Assembly: GCA_963745035.1 (NCBI GenBank)
Contig: CAVUVW010000015.1
Span: 64,001 to 128,000, forward strand
Direction: 5' to 3'
Length of the DNA: 64,000 bases
Source of the DNA: an uncultured delta proteobacterium
Lineage (GTDB): Bacteria; Desulfobacterota; Binatia; UBA9968
The notes under the pieces were generated by a model that saw only the letters and a program-made list of their open reading frames with translations, searched no databases and was not told the DNA's origin. The translations under genes were made by a program, and so were the position numbers. Below are positions 1-9,521 of this stretch, piece after piece (within the stretch, counting starts at the first letter, position 1; each line of letters opens with the position of its first letter).

Positions 1-569
1 CCATATGCCATCTGCCCCTCAAAGCCGATATTACCAACGGCCGCATATCCGGCCGCGACGCCTATACCCAAATCGAGGTTGTATCCTTTTTGCAGCCATC
101 CCGCGCGCAACTCCTTTACTCGATCGCAGATCGCCAGGCTCAAACGCACGGCAATCTCCGTATGGTCTTGGCAGGGTACGGGAGCATTGAAAAAAACCAT
201 CAGCCCGTCCGCAACAAAATGTTCGACGGTTCCACCGAATTTGAAGATCAGCTCGCCCATATGCGTGTGATAACTTCGCAGGAGCGCCATAACCTCTTCC
301 GGCTCGGCAGTGTCCGAAAAAGCTGTAAAGCCTCGTAGGTCAAGGAATACAGCCGTGATCTCCCGGCGATGGCTCTTGAAGAGATCAGGGTCATCGCTCT
401 TGAGAATGGAATCGGCCAGCTGGGGCGAAAGATAACGCTTGAGGCGGCTCATGCGCTCGATCAAATCCATCTGCTGGCCGACTTTCGCGATCAAAGTCCG
501 GTTCCATTCCTGTAAGGCCTCGAAAGGTTTCATCTCGAGTGCACCTGCGTCTGCGGTTGAGCCCTTCAT
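1..569 (-). CDS. Class III adenylate/guanylate cyclase (runs off the left window edge)
   Basis: Not in the ORF track; hand translation gives MKGSTADAG...RLKRYLSPQLA...ITAVFLDLRGFTAFS...GGTVEHFVADGLMVFFNAP...LGIGVAAGYAAVGNIGFEG. SD GGAGG lies 5 nt before the ATG at 569. Confidence 0.92.
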   Translation of the reverse strand, partial: MKGSTADAGALEMKPFEALQEWNRTLIAKVGQQMDLIERMSRLKRYLSPQLADSILKSDDPDLFKSHRREITAVFLDLRGFTAFSDTAEPEEVMALLRSYHTHMGELIFKFGGTVEHFVADGLMVFFNAPVPCQDHTEIAVRLSLAICDRVKELRAGWLQKGYNLDLGIGVAAGYAAVGNIGFEGQMAY

Positions 570-695
570 GTTATCCTCCCACTTTTCAGCTGACAGCCGG
601 AGCGGCGAAATACGGCTTATTTTCCGCCGCGCCCTGAGATCCGTCATAACTGCTTTCCTATTCATCAATGATGGGATGCTCACACTCACCCGTAG

Positions 696-712
696 AGCAG
701 CTGTTGTGCCAG
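696..712 (-). promoter_or_regulatory. Sigma54 (-24/-12) promoter for the cyclase gene
   Basis: Minus strand CTGGCAC-AACAG-CTGCT has exact GG-N10-GC spacing, ~130 nt upstream of the cyclase ATG and just downstream of a GAFTGA activator gene. Confidence 0.7.
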
Positions 713-843
713 CTGAAAAAAATGGCGACCGATTTAGACTAAGGTGCTAATCTGACGGGAGAATTTTGGCGGGCGAATTTGAACCTACCCTCTAGGAAAC
801 GTCGGAAGATATCTTTAAGGATACATCGAGGTGAAAAAAGTAT

Positions 844-2200
844 TCAGCTGATACGCAGCGTCTTGATCAGCCGAGACAAATAGGTTCGTTGAAGCCCCAA
901 GGCTTTGGCAGCAGCAGCACGATTTCCTTGTGACTCAGAGAGCGCTCTTACAATCAACTGACGTCGGTAGGCCTCAATATTCTCGCTATAGGACAAGCTC
1001 AGTGAGCGGCCGTGGCAAATCCCGCGCGAAGCGATTGCGGCGGGAAGGTCGTCGGAGAGTCAGTTTGGGACCCTGGCCCAAAACTACTGCGCGCTCAATC
1101 GCGTTGGCCAGCTCCCGCACGTTTCCCGGCCAATCATAGCCAAGGAATCTCTCCAAGGCATCCTGGCTGATCTCGTTGAATTTTTTCTTTGTCTCTAAAG
1201 AAAATCGCCTCAAGAAAAAGTGTGCAAGCTCAGGAATATCTTCCCGTCTTTCTCTCAAGGGAGGAAGCGAAATTGGCAATAACGTTCAGCCGATAGAAAA
1301 GATCGGCGCGAAAACGGCCTTCTTTGACCGCCCCATCCAAGTCGCGATTGGTGGCGGCTATAACTTTCACGTCTACCTCGAGCGATTTCGTCCCGCCAAC
1401 CCGCTCGAATTCACGCTCCTGGAGAAATCTTAGAAGCTTGGTCTGAATCTCCGGAGTAATATCGCCGACTTCATCGAGGAACACCGTTCCGCCTTGGGCC
1501 AATTCGATCTTTCCTTTTTTGAGTTGATCAGCGCCCGTAAAGGCGCCTTTTTCATGGCCGAACAATTCACTCTCGAGCAGTTCTCTCGACAAACCGACGC
1601 AATTGATGGCAACAAACGGTTCGGTCCTCCTGTCGCTCCAGTCGTGGATGGCATGGGCAAAAATTTCCTTTCCCGTTCCGCTCTCGCCAAGCAGCAAAAC
1701 TGTCGACCTGCTACGTGCCGCCTTCTTGGCTAAATCGATAGCCTCATTCATCGCGGCACTCTTGCCGCCAATCAAGTGGTAGCGCTCTCCGATCTGCACG
1801 GAGAGGACTTCTACGTCACGTTTGAGCTTTTCGCGCTCCAGGCTTTGCGCACGGCAAGGGCAACATGGTCCGGCTCAAAAGGCTTCGGGATGAAGTCGTA
1901 AGCCCCTTCTTTCATAGCCTCGACGGCGCGTTCGATCGTGCCGTAGGCAGTAATCATAATAACGGTGATATCCAGCTCTCTTTTACGAATCTCTTTGAGA
2001 ATTTCGAGCCCGCTCATGGCCGGCATCTCGATGTCCAAAAGAATGAGCTGTGGGTTCTGTTTTTCCAGCACTTTCAAGGCTTCTTTGCCGTCCGCCGCCG
2101 CTTGCACCACGTAGCCAAGGGATTCCAACCGGTCTTTTAGGACCTCGCGGATATCCGGATCATCATCGACGACGAGGATGTTCTCATTAGAGGACTTCAT
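844..2200 (-). CDS. NtrC-family sigma54-dependent response regulator (REC-AAA+-Fis HTH), about three frameshifts
   Basis: Receiver (ILVVDDD...LLD...MPAMSG...KP) in 1811-2200; GESGTGKE, ELFGHEKGAFTGA and FLDEVGD in 1230-1799; WPGNVREL in 986-1279; HTH GNRAAAAKALGLQRTYLSRLIK ending at TGA 844. Confidence 0.9.
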
Positions 2201-2209
2201 CGAATCACG

Positions 2210-2578
2210 CTAGAGGGCGATGTGATAGACTTTTTCGATCTTGGCTTTGAGCTCTTCCCACTCAAACGGCTTCAGAACGTATTCATTGGCCCCTTTGGCG
2301 ATAGCCTCGATGGCCGCATCTCGAGTGGAAGATGAGGTGATAATGATAATCGGGATTTTCTTATCGGTCTTGCGAATTTCCTCGAGCGCTTGGATCCCGC
2401 TCATTTCAGGCATCTTGACATCAAGAAAAACTCCGTCGAATTTTTCCTGCGAAAGTTTATTCAACGCCTCCAATCCGGTGTTGGCAGTCACCACGGTGAA
2501 GCCGTAAGCCTGCAACCGGTCCTGAATGACCTCGAGAATGTCTTCTTCATCATCAACCAGGAGAACTTTGAGCCCCAT
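2210..2578 (-). CDS. Single-domain response regulator (CheY-like receiver)
   Basis: VLLVDDE...FLDVKMPEMSG...YVLKPF. Confidence 0.92.
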   Translation of the reverse strand: MGLKVLLVDDEEDILEVIQDRLQAYGFTVVTANTGLEALNKLSQEKFDGVFLDVKMPEMSGIQALEEIRKTDKKIPIIIITSSSTRDAAIEAIAKGANEYVLKPFEWEELKAKIEKVYHIAL

Positions 2579-2588
2579 CGCCAGCCTT

Positions 2589-4277
2589 TCAGATCGCCAC
2601 TGGTCGGTGAGACTTAGACGGCTGCTGTGCAGGCAAAGTGAAGGCGAAGGTGCTTCCCTTGCCTACCTCGCTTTCTACCCAGATCTTGCCGCCATGCATT
2701 TGCACTAAGGCCTTGGATATGGCTAACCCGAGTCCGGTTCCTCGACTCTTACGGTTATCGCCTTGCGCGAGCTGATAGAACTTATCAAAGATTTTATCGA
2801 CCTCTTCGCGCGGAATGCCCGGGCCCGTATCTACAACCGACACTTGCACCCATTCATCGTCCTTTCTTTCGATAACCACGGCCACTTTGCCCTGTGCGGA
2901 GGTGAACTTGACGGCGTTGCCGACCAAGTTCATGAGCACCTGTGTGACCTTATCGCGATCCGCCCATGCCGTTACGCCGCCTTCATGGCAAGCGACTTCC
3001 AGGTCAATAAACTTGTCAACGACTATAGAGCGGAGACTTTCGATAACTTCTTTAGCCAGGAGCTCCGGTGAAAGAACCGTCGGCCTGATATCGATTCGTC
3101 CGGCCTCGATTCGTGATAAATCGAGCAGGTCGTTGATGAGCCGAGAAAGACGGTCTGTGTTCGATTTGATGCGCGTGAGATAGCGGGCCTGCTTTTCATT
3201 CAGCGGCCCCGTGAGTCCGTCAAGCATGTTGTCCACGGAGCCCTTGACGGCGGTCAACGGCGTCCTGAGTTCGTGAGAGACATTGGAGACGAAGTCCGAT
3301 TTCAATTTGTCGAGAGCTCGTAGCCTCTTTTCATAAAGCATCTTGTCCGTGATGTCTTTGGCTAAATGAAGAAAGCCCGTCGTGCTTCCCGCGCCATCCT
3401 TGATCGGCGAGACCGCGAGGGCCGCTTCAATGATGACCCCATCCTTCCTTTTCCTGCCTACCTCCAAGTTGCGGATCACACCCGTCTGCTCAACCTTGTT
3501 CCGAATTTTTTCTAGATCCTTGGCATGCTCCGCTGGAAGCAGGATAGCCAAGTTTCGTCCGATCGCCTCCTCTTTACTATAACCAAAGATGATCTCAGCG
3601 GCGCGGTTCCAAGTAAGGATCCGATCATCCAAGCCCGCAGAGACAACTGCATCGCCGGCATTTTCAACAAGGTTTTCGATATACGCCTTGTCTCGAGTGA
3701 CCTGATCAAACAGTTGGGCATTCTCTAATGCCATCCCGAGCTGGGAGCCAAAAGCCGTGAGGAGGCTGATTTCTCCTTTTATAAATTTGTGACGCTTGCG
3801 GCTGCCGACGACAAGTAATCCAATAACGCGCGTTTTTGACATTACTGGCACGAACGTGGCTGAAATCACGCCCTCTCGCTCCATCGTGCGAGCCTGGAAT
3901 CGAAAATCCCTCCGAATATCGGGAAAGATTACAGGCTCACGGGAGAGGATCAATCTTAGAATATCGTGAGAAGAGTCGATCGGAATGCGACTGGAGAGAA
4001 ATTCTCTGGAGGAAAGACCGCGCGCAGCGCGCACGACGAAATCGCGCGTGTCTGGATCCAATACTCTGATATAACCGACGTCGAAACGGAGGATCTCGAG
4101 CGATTTATCGAGAGTGTCGTTGACAATTTTCTCGGTATCGAGGGATTGGGTGGCGGTTTCCGCAATCGTCAGGAGCGCCGCAAGTGCCTGGGCCTTCCCA
4201 CGAATGCGCTCGATCTTTTTGGGAACCACGGACGGCGACCGTTTGCGACTCCCCGTTCTGCGGTTCGATCGCGCCAT
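2589..4277 (-). CDS. Cytoplasmic GAF-PAS sensor histidine kinase
   Basis: GAF (ATFVPVMSKTRVIGLLVV...ALENAQL), PAS (WNRAAEIIFGYS), H-box SHELRTPL, N-box NLVGNAVKF, DTGPGI, GTGLGL. Confidence 0.93.
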   Translation of the reverse strand: MARSNRRTGSRKRSPSVVPKKIERIRGKAQALAALLTIAETATQSLDTEKIVNDTLDKSLEILRFDVGYIRVLDPDTRDFVVRAARGLSSREFLSSRIPIDSSHDILRLILSREPVIFPDIRRDFRFQARTMEREGVISATFVPVMSKTRVIGLLVVGSRKRHKFIKGEISLLTAFGSQLGMALENAQLFDQVTRDKAYIENLVENAGDAVVSAGLDDRILTWNRAAEIIFGYSKEEAIGRNLAILLPAEHAKDLEKIRNKVEQTGVIRNLEVGRKRKDGVIIEAALAVSPIKDGAGSTTGFLHLAKDITDKMLYEKRLRALDKLKSDFVSNVSHELRTPLTAVKGSVDNMLDGLTGPLNEKQARYLTRIKSNTDRLSRLINDLLDLSRIEAGRIDIRPTVLSPELLAKEVIESLRSIVVDKFIDLEVACHEGGVTAWADRDKVTQVLMNLVGNAVKFTSAQGKVAVVIERKDDEWVQVSVVDTGPGIPREEVDKIFDKFYQLAQGDNRKSRGTGLGLAISKALVQMHGGKIWVESEVGKGSTFAFTLPAQQPSKSHRPVAI

Positions 4278-4610
4278 GATCTTTTATCGCTTCAGAGAAC
4301 TGGCCCTCCGAGGTCAAAATTCTTTCGTTAGATAAGGCACCAACTGGCGTGCTTATCGCTCTGTGCCCAGATCCTGAGAATTCCTCATCAACATTAGCGG
4401 GGTCATCAGGTTCTCGTGGAAAATCCCGCGCCCAGCACACCGACGCCCCAGACGTTGCTTCCCATTTTCCTGCACCTCGATGCGAAATGACCCGCAAATA
4501 GTTCACCCCGGTTTTTTGCGAAAGACAAAGCTCGTTACGCTCTTGCGCTCCTGAACATGGGAGGGCTTCATCCAGTTACGCTCGATGCTTCCTTCGCAGG
4601 AAGACATCTC

Positions 4611-4976
4611 TCATAAGTCGTGGAGGGATGCCGTGTCTCCGGCCCGTAACAGCGTCGGATGGCCGAATCGTTCTTCTCGAACTCTCGCCCGCGTTCGCTC
4701 GGCATTTTCAACCCACCCGACGAAAACCGGCGCCGGTTCTTCCTTGTCAGTCTCATTCAAGCGCGCCACAACTTGCATGGCGCCGGTCTCGCTGAGCACG
4801 TCTAATAAGAGTTGATTAATCTCCGCGTAATGAGCTATCGATATCTCACCAGGAATTCTTGCTCTCGACGTTTTCGCCGCCTGGTTGAGTCTATCCAGTA
4901 AACCTCGTTTAGCTTGTGCTGGAAGACTTTCGAGCGCCTGCAAAAGCGCCTGTTTAAGTTCTTCTTCCTGTGCCAT
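4611..4976 (-). CDS. Hypothetical protein (~121 aa)
   Basis: ORF MAQEEELKQALLQALESL... preceded by SD GGAGG; no recognised family. Confidence 0.5.
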   Translation of the reverse strand: MAQEEELKQALLQALESLPAQAKRGLLDRLNQAAKTSRARIPGEISIAHYAEINQLLLDVLSETGAMQVVARLNETDKEEPAPVFVGWVENAERTRARVREERFGHPTLLRAGDTASLHDL

Positions 4977-5282
4977 GTTTTGACCTCCGGAGACAACGTG
5001 ACGCCGCCAGAGCAAAGTTTGAGACGGCCATATGTATTCCACTGTTGAATCCCACCTGTCAAGCCAGGGAATTTTGGAAAATTAGCATGGCTTGATATCG
5101 TCAACATGTCCAGGGATCAGGCGTCAGAGATCATGCGCTACCACCGGCGAGGACCGATTGTGGGAAGCTAGATATTTTTCTAAGCTTGCGCTAAGAGGGT
5201 TCAAGCCGATGCGCGAGGAAAGGTCTGAAGCGTGCTCTAAACAAGTGATAAAATTTTACCGGATAGAAAACGTTCTTTTCGG

Positions 5283-6293
5283 ATGCCAAACATGGGACTT
5301 AAACTTAGAATCGTTGCAATCCTCGTCTTTTCTTTTGTTGCTGCTGGAGATTTGTGGCTCGACTCAATCCGAAGGAAGGCTTTCGGCGCCGAACGCGTCA
5401 GGGTAGCACTCCCCGATAAGAGCTTCGGCCAACTTCCTCTCTTCATCGGGATCCGCTCCGGACTATTTAAAGACGAAGGGTTGGAGGTCCAATGGATTCT
5501 GATCAGGAGTAGCACCATTGCGCCTGCCCTGATTGCCGGAGAAATCGATGTCGCCGCCGCCGCTGGCTCGATCATGAGAGGCGCGGCGAGAGGCGCGCCT
5601 TTGAAGGCGATCTTCTTTCCTTTTTACAAATCGACGTTCGTTTTGGTGGGAGCACCGGAAATCAAGCGAGTGCAGGATTTAAAAGGCAAGGTAATCGGCA
5701 CAACCGGGCCGAGAAATAGTACTCAAATTGCCGCTAGCATGGTGCTGCAACAGAACGGCCTGAACCCGGATAAGGATGTTACATTTTTTACCGTTGGGGG
5801 AGGCGAAACCATCCTCGCTGCTCTGGAGACAAAAATCATTCACGCCATGGCGGTCAACCCCGATATGGCCTTTTTGATGAAGAAGAAAGGGTTTCACGAG
5901 CTCGGCTATTTAGCCGATCTAGCGCCGTGGCCTTGGGGCGGATACGCAACGAGCGACTCCAAGCTGCTGCAGGGACGGGACAAGCTAAAACGCTGGATGC
6001 GGGCGATGGTCAAGAGCGTTCTTCTGATGGCCAACAATAAAGAAGAGACCATTCGCATTGCCATGGCGGAGTTTGGTTATCCCAGAGACGTAACCGAAGC
6101 CGCCGCAAATGTTTCAATGAGGGCCATCAATTCACGAGCGCCGGGCGGAGCGGAGGAGGCAATTCTCCGGCAAAATATTGACCTCACGATCACCGCACCA
6201 ATGGAACTCAAGGACTCTCCTCCGGTGGCAAAATTGGTGGATTTTTCTCTTCTCCGGGAAGTCTGGAAGGATCTCGGAATCGCCGCGAAGTGA
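5283..6293 (+). CDS. ABC transporter substrate-binding protein, NMT1/SsuA/TauA family
   Basis: Signal peptide; GLFKDEGLEV, IKRVQDLKGKVIG, GLNPDKDVTF. Confidence 0.88.
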   Translation: MPNMGLKLRIVAILVFSFVAAGDLWLDSIRRKAFGAERVRVALPDKSFGQLPLFIGIRSGLFKDEGLEVQWILIRSSTIAPALIAGEIDVAAAAGSIMRGAARGAPLKAIFFPFYKSTFVLVGAPEIKRVQDLKGKVIGTTGPRNSTQIAASMVLQQNGLNPDKDVTFFTVGGGETILAALETKIIHAMAVNPDMAFLMKKKGFHELGYLADLAPWPWGGYATSDSKLLQGRDKLKRWMRAMVKSVLLMANNKEETIRIAMAEFGYPRDVTEAAANVSMRAINSRAPGGAEEAILRQNIDLTITAPMELKDSPPVAKLVDFSLLREVWKDLGIAAK

Positions 6294-6411
6294 TTAAACA
6301 CGAAGAAAGACGGGTGATCCTTCGAACCACTACGAGGACTAAGGCAAACTCAAGATCAAGATGGTTTGTTAGGAATGAACGCGTCGAGGTTAGAAAATCT
6401 CACTGTCTTCG

Positions 6412-8808
6412 ATGGCTGATCTGGCAAAACCCTCCCATAGCGTACGCGGCTACTGCGCGCTATGCACCGCGCATTGCGCGACTATAGCCACCGTCGAGAA
6501 CGGCCGAGTTACGCGGCTCGATCCCGATCACGATCATCCCAACGGCGGCGTCATGTGCATCAAGGGCAAAGCCGCGCCGGAGCTGGTTTACAACGCCGAT
6601 CGACTCGATTATCCGCTCAGACGCACTCGGCCCAAGGGCGATCCGGATCCGGGCTGGCAGCGGGTCTCGTGGGAGGAAGCGCTCGACGACATTGCGCGCC
6701 GCCTTCTCGATACTCGCGACCGGCACGGCGCCCAGGCCATCGCGCTCGCCAAAGGCACCAAGAGCGGAACATCGGTGGACGACGTCGAGCGCTGGCTCGG
6801 CCGCCTACTGCATTTGATCGGGAGCCCGAATTGGGTTTCGACGACCCACGTCTGCAACTGGCACAAGGACACCGGCTTCAGCTACACCTTCGGCTCGAAT
6901 CTGCCGACGCCGGATCTCGAGCACAGCAACACTTTCCTCCTCTGGGGCCACAACCCGAGCGCGACCTCGCTCATCCTGGCCCACGATATCGTGCAAGCGC
7001 GCTCGCGCGGCATGAAAACCGTGGTCGTCGACCCGCGCCGCATCGGCATCGGCGCTCAAGCCGACCTGCTGCTGCAGCCGCGCCCAGGCACCGACGGCGC
7101 TTTGGCTCTCGCGTTGATCCACTGCCTAATGGAAGAGAGTTGGTACGACGCCGCTTTCGCGCGTCAATGGACCAACGGAACGTTTCTGCTTAATCCGGGG
7201 ACGGATCGTCTCGTCACCGAAGCCGATCTTTCTTCCGATGGCGTCACTCAGCGCTACGTTGTGTGGAACGAAACGAGCAGCCAACCCGCGATCTACGATC
7301 CGGCGACCGGCACTTACGATGGTGATCGCGTCTTGCCCGCGCTATTTGGCACACGCTCGCTCAAAGGAAAAGACGGCGCGGAAATCCTGTGTAAGCCGGT
7401 CTTCGAGCGGCTCGGCGAAATCGCCGCGGAGTTCGCGCCCGAGCGCTCGGAAAAGATTCACTGGGTGCCGGCGCAGAAAGTCTGGCAAACCGCGCTCCTC
7501 CTGGCGCACAACCGGCCCGTGAGCATGTACATGTGGAACGGCGTCGGCCAGCATACCAACGCGACGCAGACGAGCCGCGCTATTGCCACGCTCTACGCGC
7601 TCATTGGCGACTTCGATCGCCGCGGCGGCAACGTGTCCTTTCCGAAAGTGCCGGTGAACGATGTCGGCGGCAAAGAATTCCTGCCGAAAGAAGCCGGCGC
7701 CATGCGCGTCGGCCGGGAACGCAAGCCCCTCGGCCCGCCGGCCAAACCGGGTAACTGCGCGGCCTATGATGTTTTCAACGCCATCCTCGACGAGAAGCCT
7801 TATCCAATCAAAGCGCTGCTGAACTTCGGCTCGAACACGATCATGTCCAACGCCGATTCACGGCGCGGACGCGCGGCGATGGAGGCGCTCGAGTTCGGCG
7901 TCGCAGCCGATCTCTTCATGACGCCGACGGCGGAGTTGTGCGACTACGTGCTCCCGGCCACGAGTTTTCTCGAGATGGCGAACGTCACCTACGCGTTCGA
8001 GCATCGTCCGAACGGCAAAACCCATTTGCAGTACCGCGCCGCCGTCGTCGACCCGCTGGCCGAGCGCCGCCCGGACACCTGGATCATTTTCGAGCTGGCA
8101 AAGCGCATGGGATTCGCAGAGCAATTCTGGCACGGCGACATCGAGGCGGGCTACGCGTACGAGCTTCAACCGAGCGGCGTTAGCCTTGAGCAGTTGAAGA
8201 GCGCTCCCGGCGGAATTTCGCTACCGGCGCCACCGGTTTTCGAAAAGCATGCCAAGCCGGCCAAAGACGGCCGGGCGCGCGGCTTTGCCACGCCGTCAAA
8301 GAAGGTTGAGCTTTACTGCCTCCCTTTTGCCGCCAACGGCATCGCCGCTTTGCCGGAGTACGTCGAGCCGGCGCTGAGTCCGGTGAGCCGCCCCGACATC
8401 GCGGTGGATTTTCCTCTCGTGCTGACCAACGCCAAGTTCACCACCTACGTGCACAGCCAGCAGCGCGCGCTGCCGAGCCTGCGCAAGTCCTCACCCGAGC
8501 CGAGCGCGGATATTCATCCTGAAACCGCGCGTCACTTTGGCGTTAAGAACAAAGAATGGATGATCGTCGAAACACCGCGCGGCGCGATCAAGGTAAAAGC
8601 GCGCGTGACGCAGAACATCGTGCCGGGCATCGTCTGCTGCCAGCACGGCTGGTGGCAGGACTGTAAAGAATTGGAACTGCCTGGCTACGATCCCTACGAC
8701 ACAAGCGGCGCCAACCCGGCAACCCTGATCGGCGCCGATCTGGCCGATCCGGTGAGCGGATCCCTGCCGCACCGCTCTTTTCTTTGCCGCATCAAAACCG
8801 CGCAATAA
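6412..8808 (+). CDS. Mo/W-bis-PGD oxidoreductase, acetylene-hydratase-like subgroup
   Basis: N-terminal CALCTAHC...C [4Fe-4S] motif, RLDYPLRR, WGHNP, VVDPR, DYVLPA, C-terminal pterin-binding domain (DIHPETA); no Tat signal. Confidence 0.88.
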   Translation: MADLAKPSHSVRGYCALCTAHCATIATVENGRVTRLDPDHDHPNGGVMCIKGKAAPELVYNADRLDYPLRRTRPKGDPDPGWQRVSWEEALDDIARRLLDTRDRHGAQAIALAKGTKSGTSVDDVERWLGRLLHLIGSPNWVSTTHVCNWHKDTGFSYTFGSNLPTPDLEHSNTFLLWGHNPSATSLILAHDIVQARSRGMKTVVVDPRRIGIGAQADLLLQPRPGTDGALALALIHCLMEESWYDAAFARQWTNGTFLLNPGTDRLVTEADLSSDGVTQRYVVWNETSSQPAIYDPATGTYDGDRVLPALFGTRSLKGKDGAEILCKPVFERLGEIAAEFAPERSEKIHWVPAQKVWQTALLLAHNRPVSMYMWNGVGQHTNATQTSRAIATLYALIGDFDRRGGNVSFPKVPVNDVGGKEFLPKEAGAMRVGRERKPLGPPAKPGNCAAYDVFNAILDEKPYPIKALLNFGSNTIMSNADSRRGRAAMEALEFGVAADLFMTPTAELCDYVLPATSFLEMANVTYAFEHRPNGKTHLQYRAAVVDPLAERRPDTWIIFELAKRMGFAEQFWHGDIEAGYAYELQPSGVSLEQLKSAPGGISLPAPPVFEKHAKPAKDGRARGFATPSKKVELYCLPFAANGIAALPEYVEPALSPVSRPDIAVDFPLVLTNAKFTTYVHSQQRALPSLRKSSPEPSADIHPETARHFGVKNKEWMIVETPRGAIKVKARVTQNIVPGIVCCQHGWWQDCKELELPGYDPYDTSGANPATLIGADLADPVSGSLPHRSFLCRIKTAQ

Positions 8809-8901
8809 CCCTTGTCGGAACGACGCGTCGCACTTTTTCGCGTTTAATGACGATTACGCTTTTTAGCGAGACAGCTTGCTGGGTGGGCAAATTGCGGTGC
8901 T

Positions 8902-9521
8902 TTACAACTTGAGGGCTGCGAAGTCGGCGACAAACATGGCCACCACCGACTGCAACGCCTCGTTCCAGCCTCGCACCAGCGCCTCGGGTGAGCGTTCTGT
9001 TAGCGGCACCGATTTCATGTAGCGTTTTTGTAGCACGATGCCGGCATTGGCGGGATTCTCGTTATGTAGAAAAAACTCGATCTCCAGGACGGCGGCGGGA
9101 GCGCTCGGGTTTTCTGAAGTCGCCGTAAAGCGAGTTGATCGAGCCTTCCAGAGTGTAATTCGGCCGTGAGCGAACTCGCCGGACCGACGACAAACTTGAA
9201 CTTGTTCGACGCGGCCAATGCCTTGCGCGTTTCCTCGCTGATCATTACCGCGGGCGAGGATAGAAACTGGTTGTAAAAATCCGCTTCGTACTCCGTTTCC
9301 GACATGCGATAAACAAATCCCAGATCCGCATAGCGCGGCGAAATGTGCAGGTTGTACATCGACAAAATCTCGCCGCCGCCGGGGTTGCCGTCCTTGGCGC
9401 TGTTGAGCTCGATGACGAAGTAGCGCTTGTTCGGGTAGCTCCGCTCGAAGCTGACGCAAGCAAAACAGAAGAGCGAAACCAATAGAACCCCGTAGCGCGT
9501 AAGTCGTGTTGCTCGATTCAT
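8902..9521 (-). CDS. PqiC-like ABC auxiliary lipoprotein (frameshift near 9150)
   Basis: Lipobox FCFAC; YEADFYNQFLSSP; C-terminal part (SPEALVRGWNEALQ) in a second frame; last gene of the mlaEFD operon. Confidence 0.75.

Noticed and set aside
602-630. GCGGCGAAATA/TATTTTCCGCCGC hairpin in the cyclase leader as a riboswitch
   Set aside because: Single stem with no recognisable aptamer consensus; an Rfam search would be needed.
4345-4360. Plus-strand sigma54-like site TGGCGT-GCTTA-TCGCT
   Set aside because: Spacing is correct, but no plus-strand ORF or evident RNA follows it, so a chance match cannot be excluded.
6412-8808. Calling the Mo/W enzyme a true acetylene hydratase, or a formate/nitrate reductase
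   Set aside because: The catalytic Asp position is Thr, and no partner subunits or diagnostic motifs of those reductases were seen.
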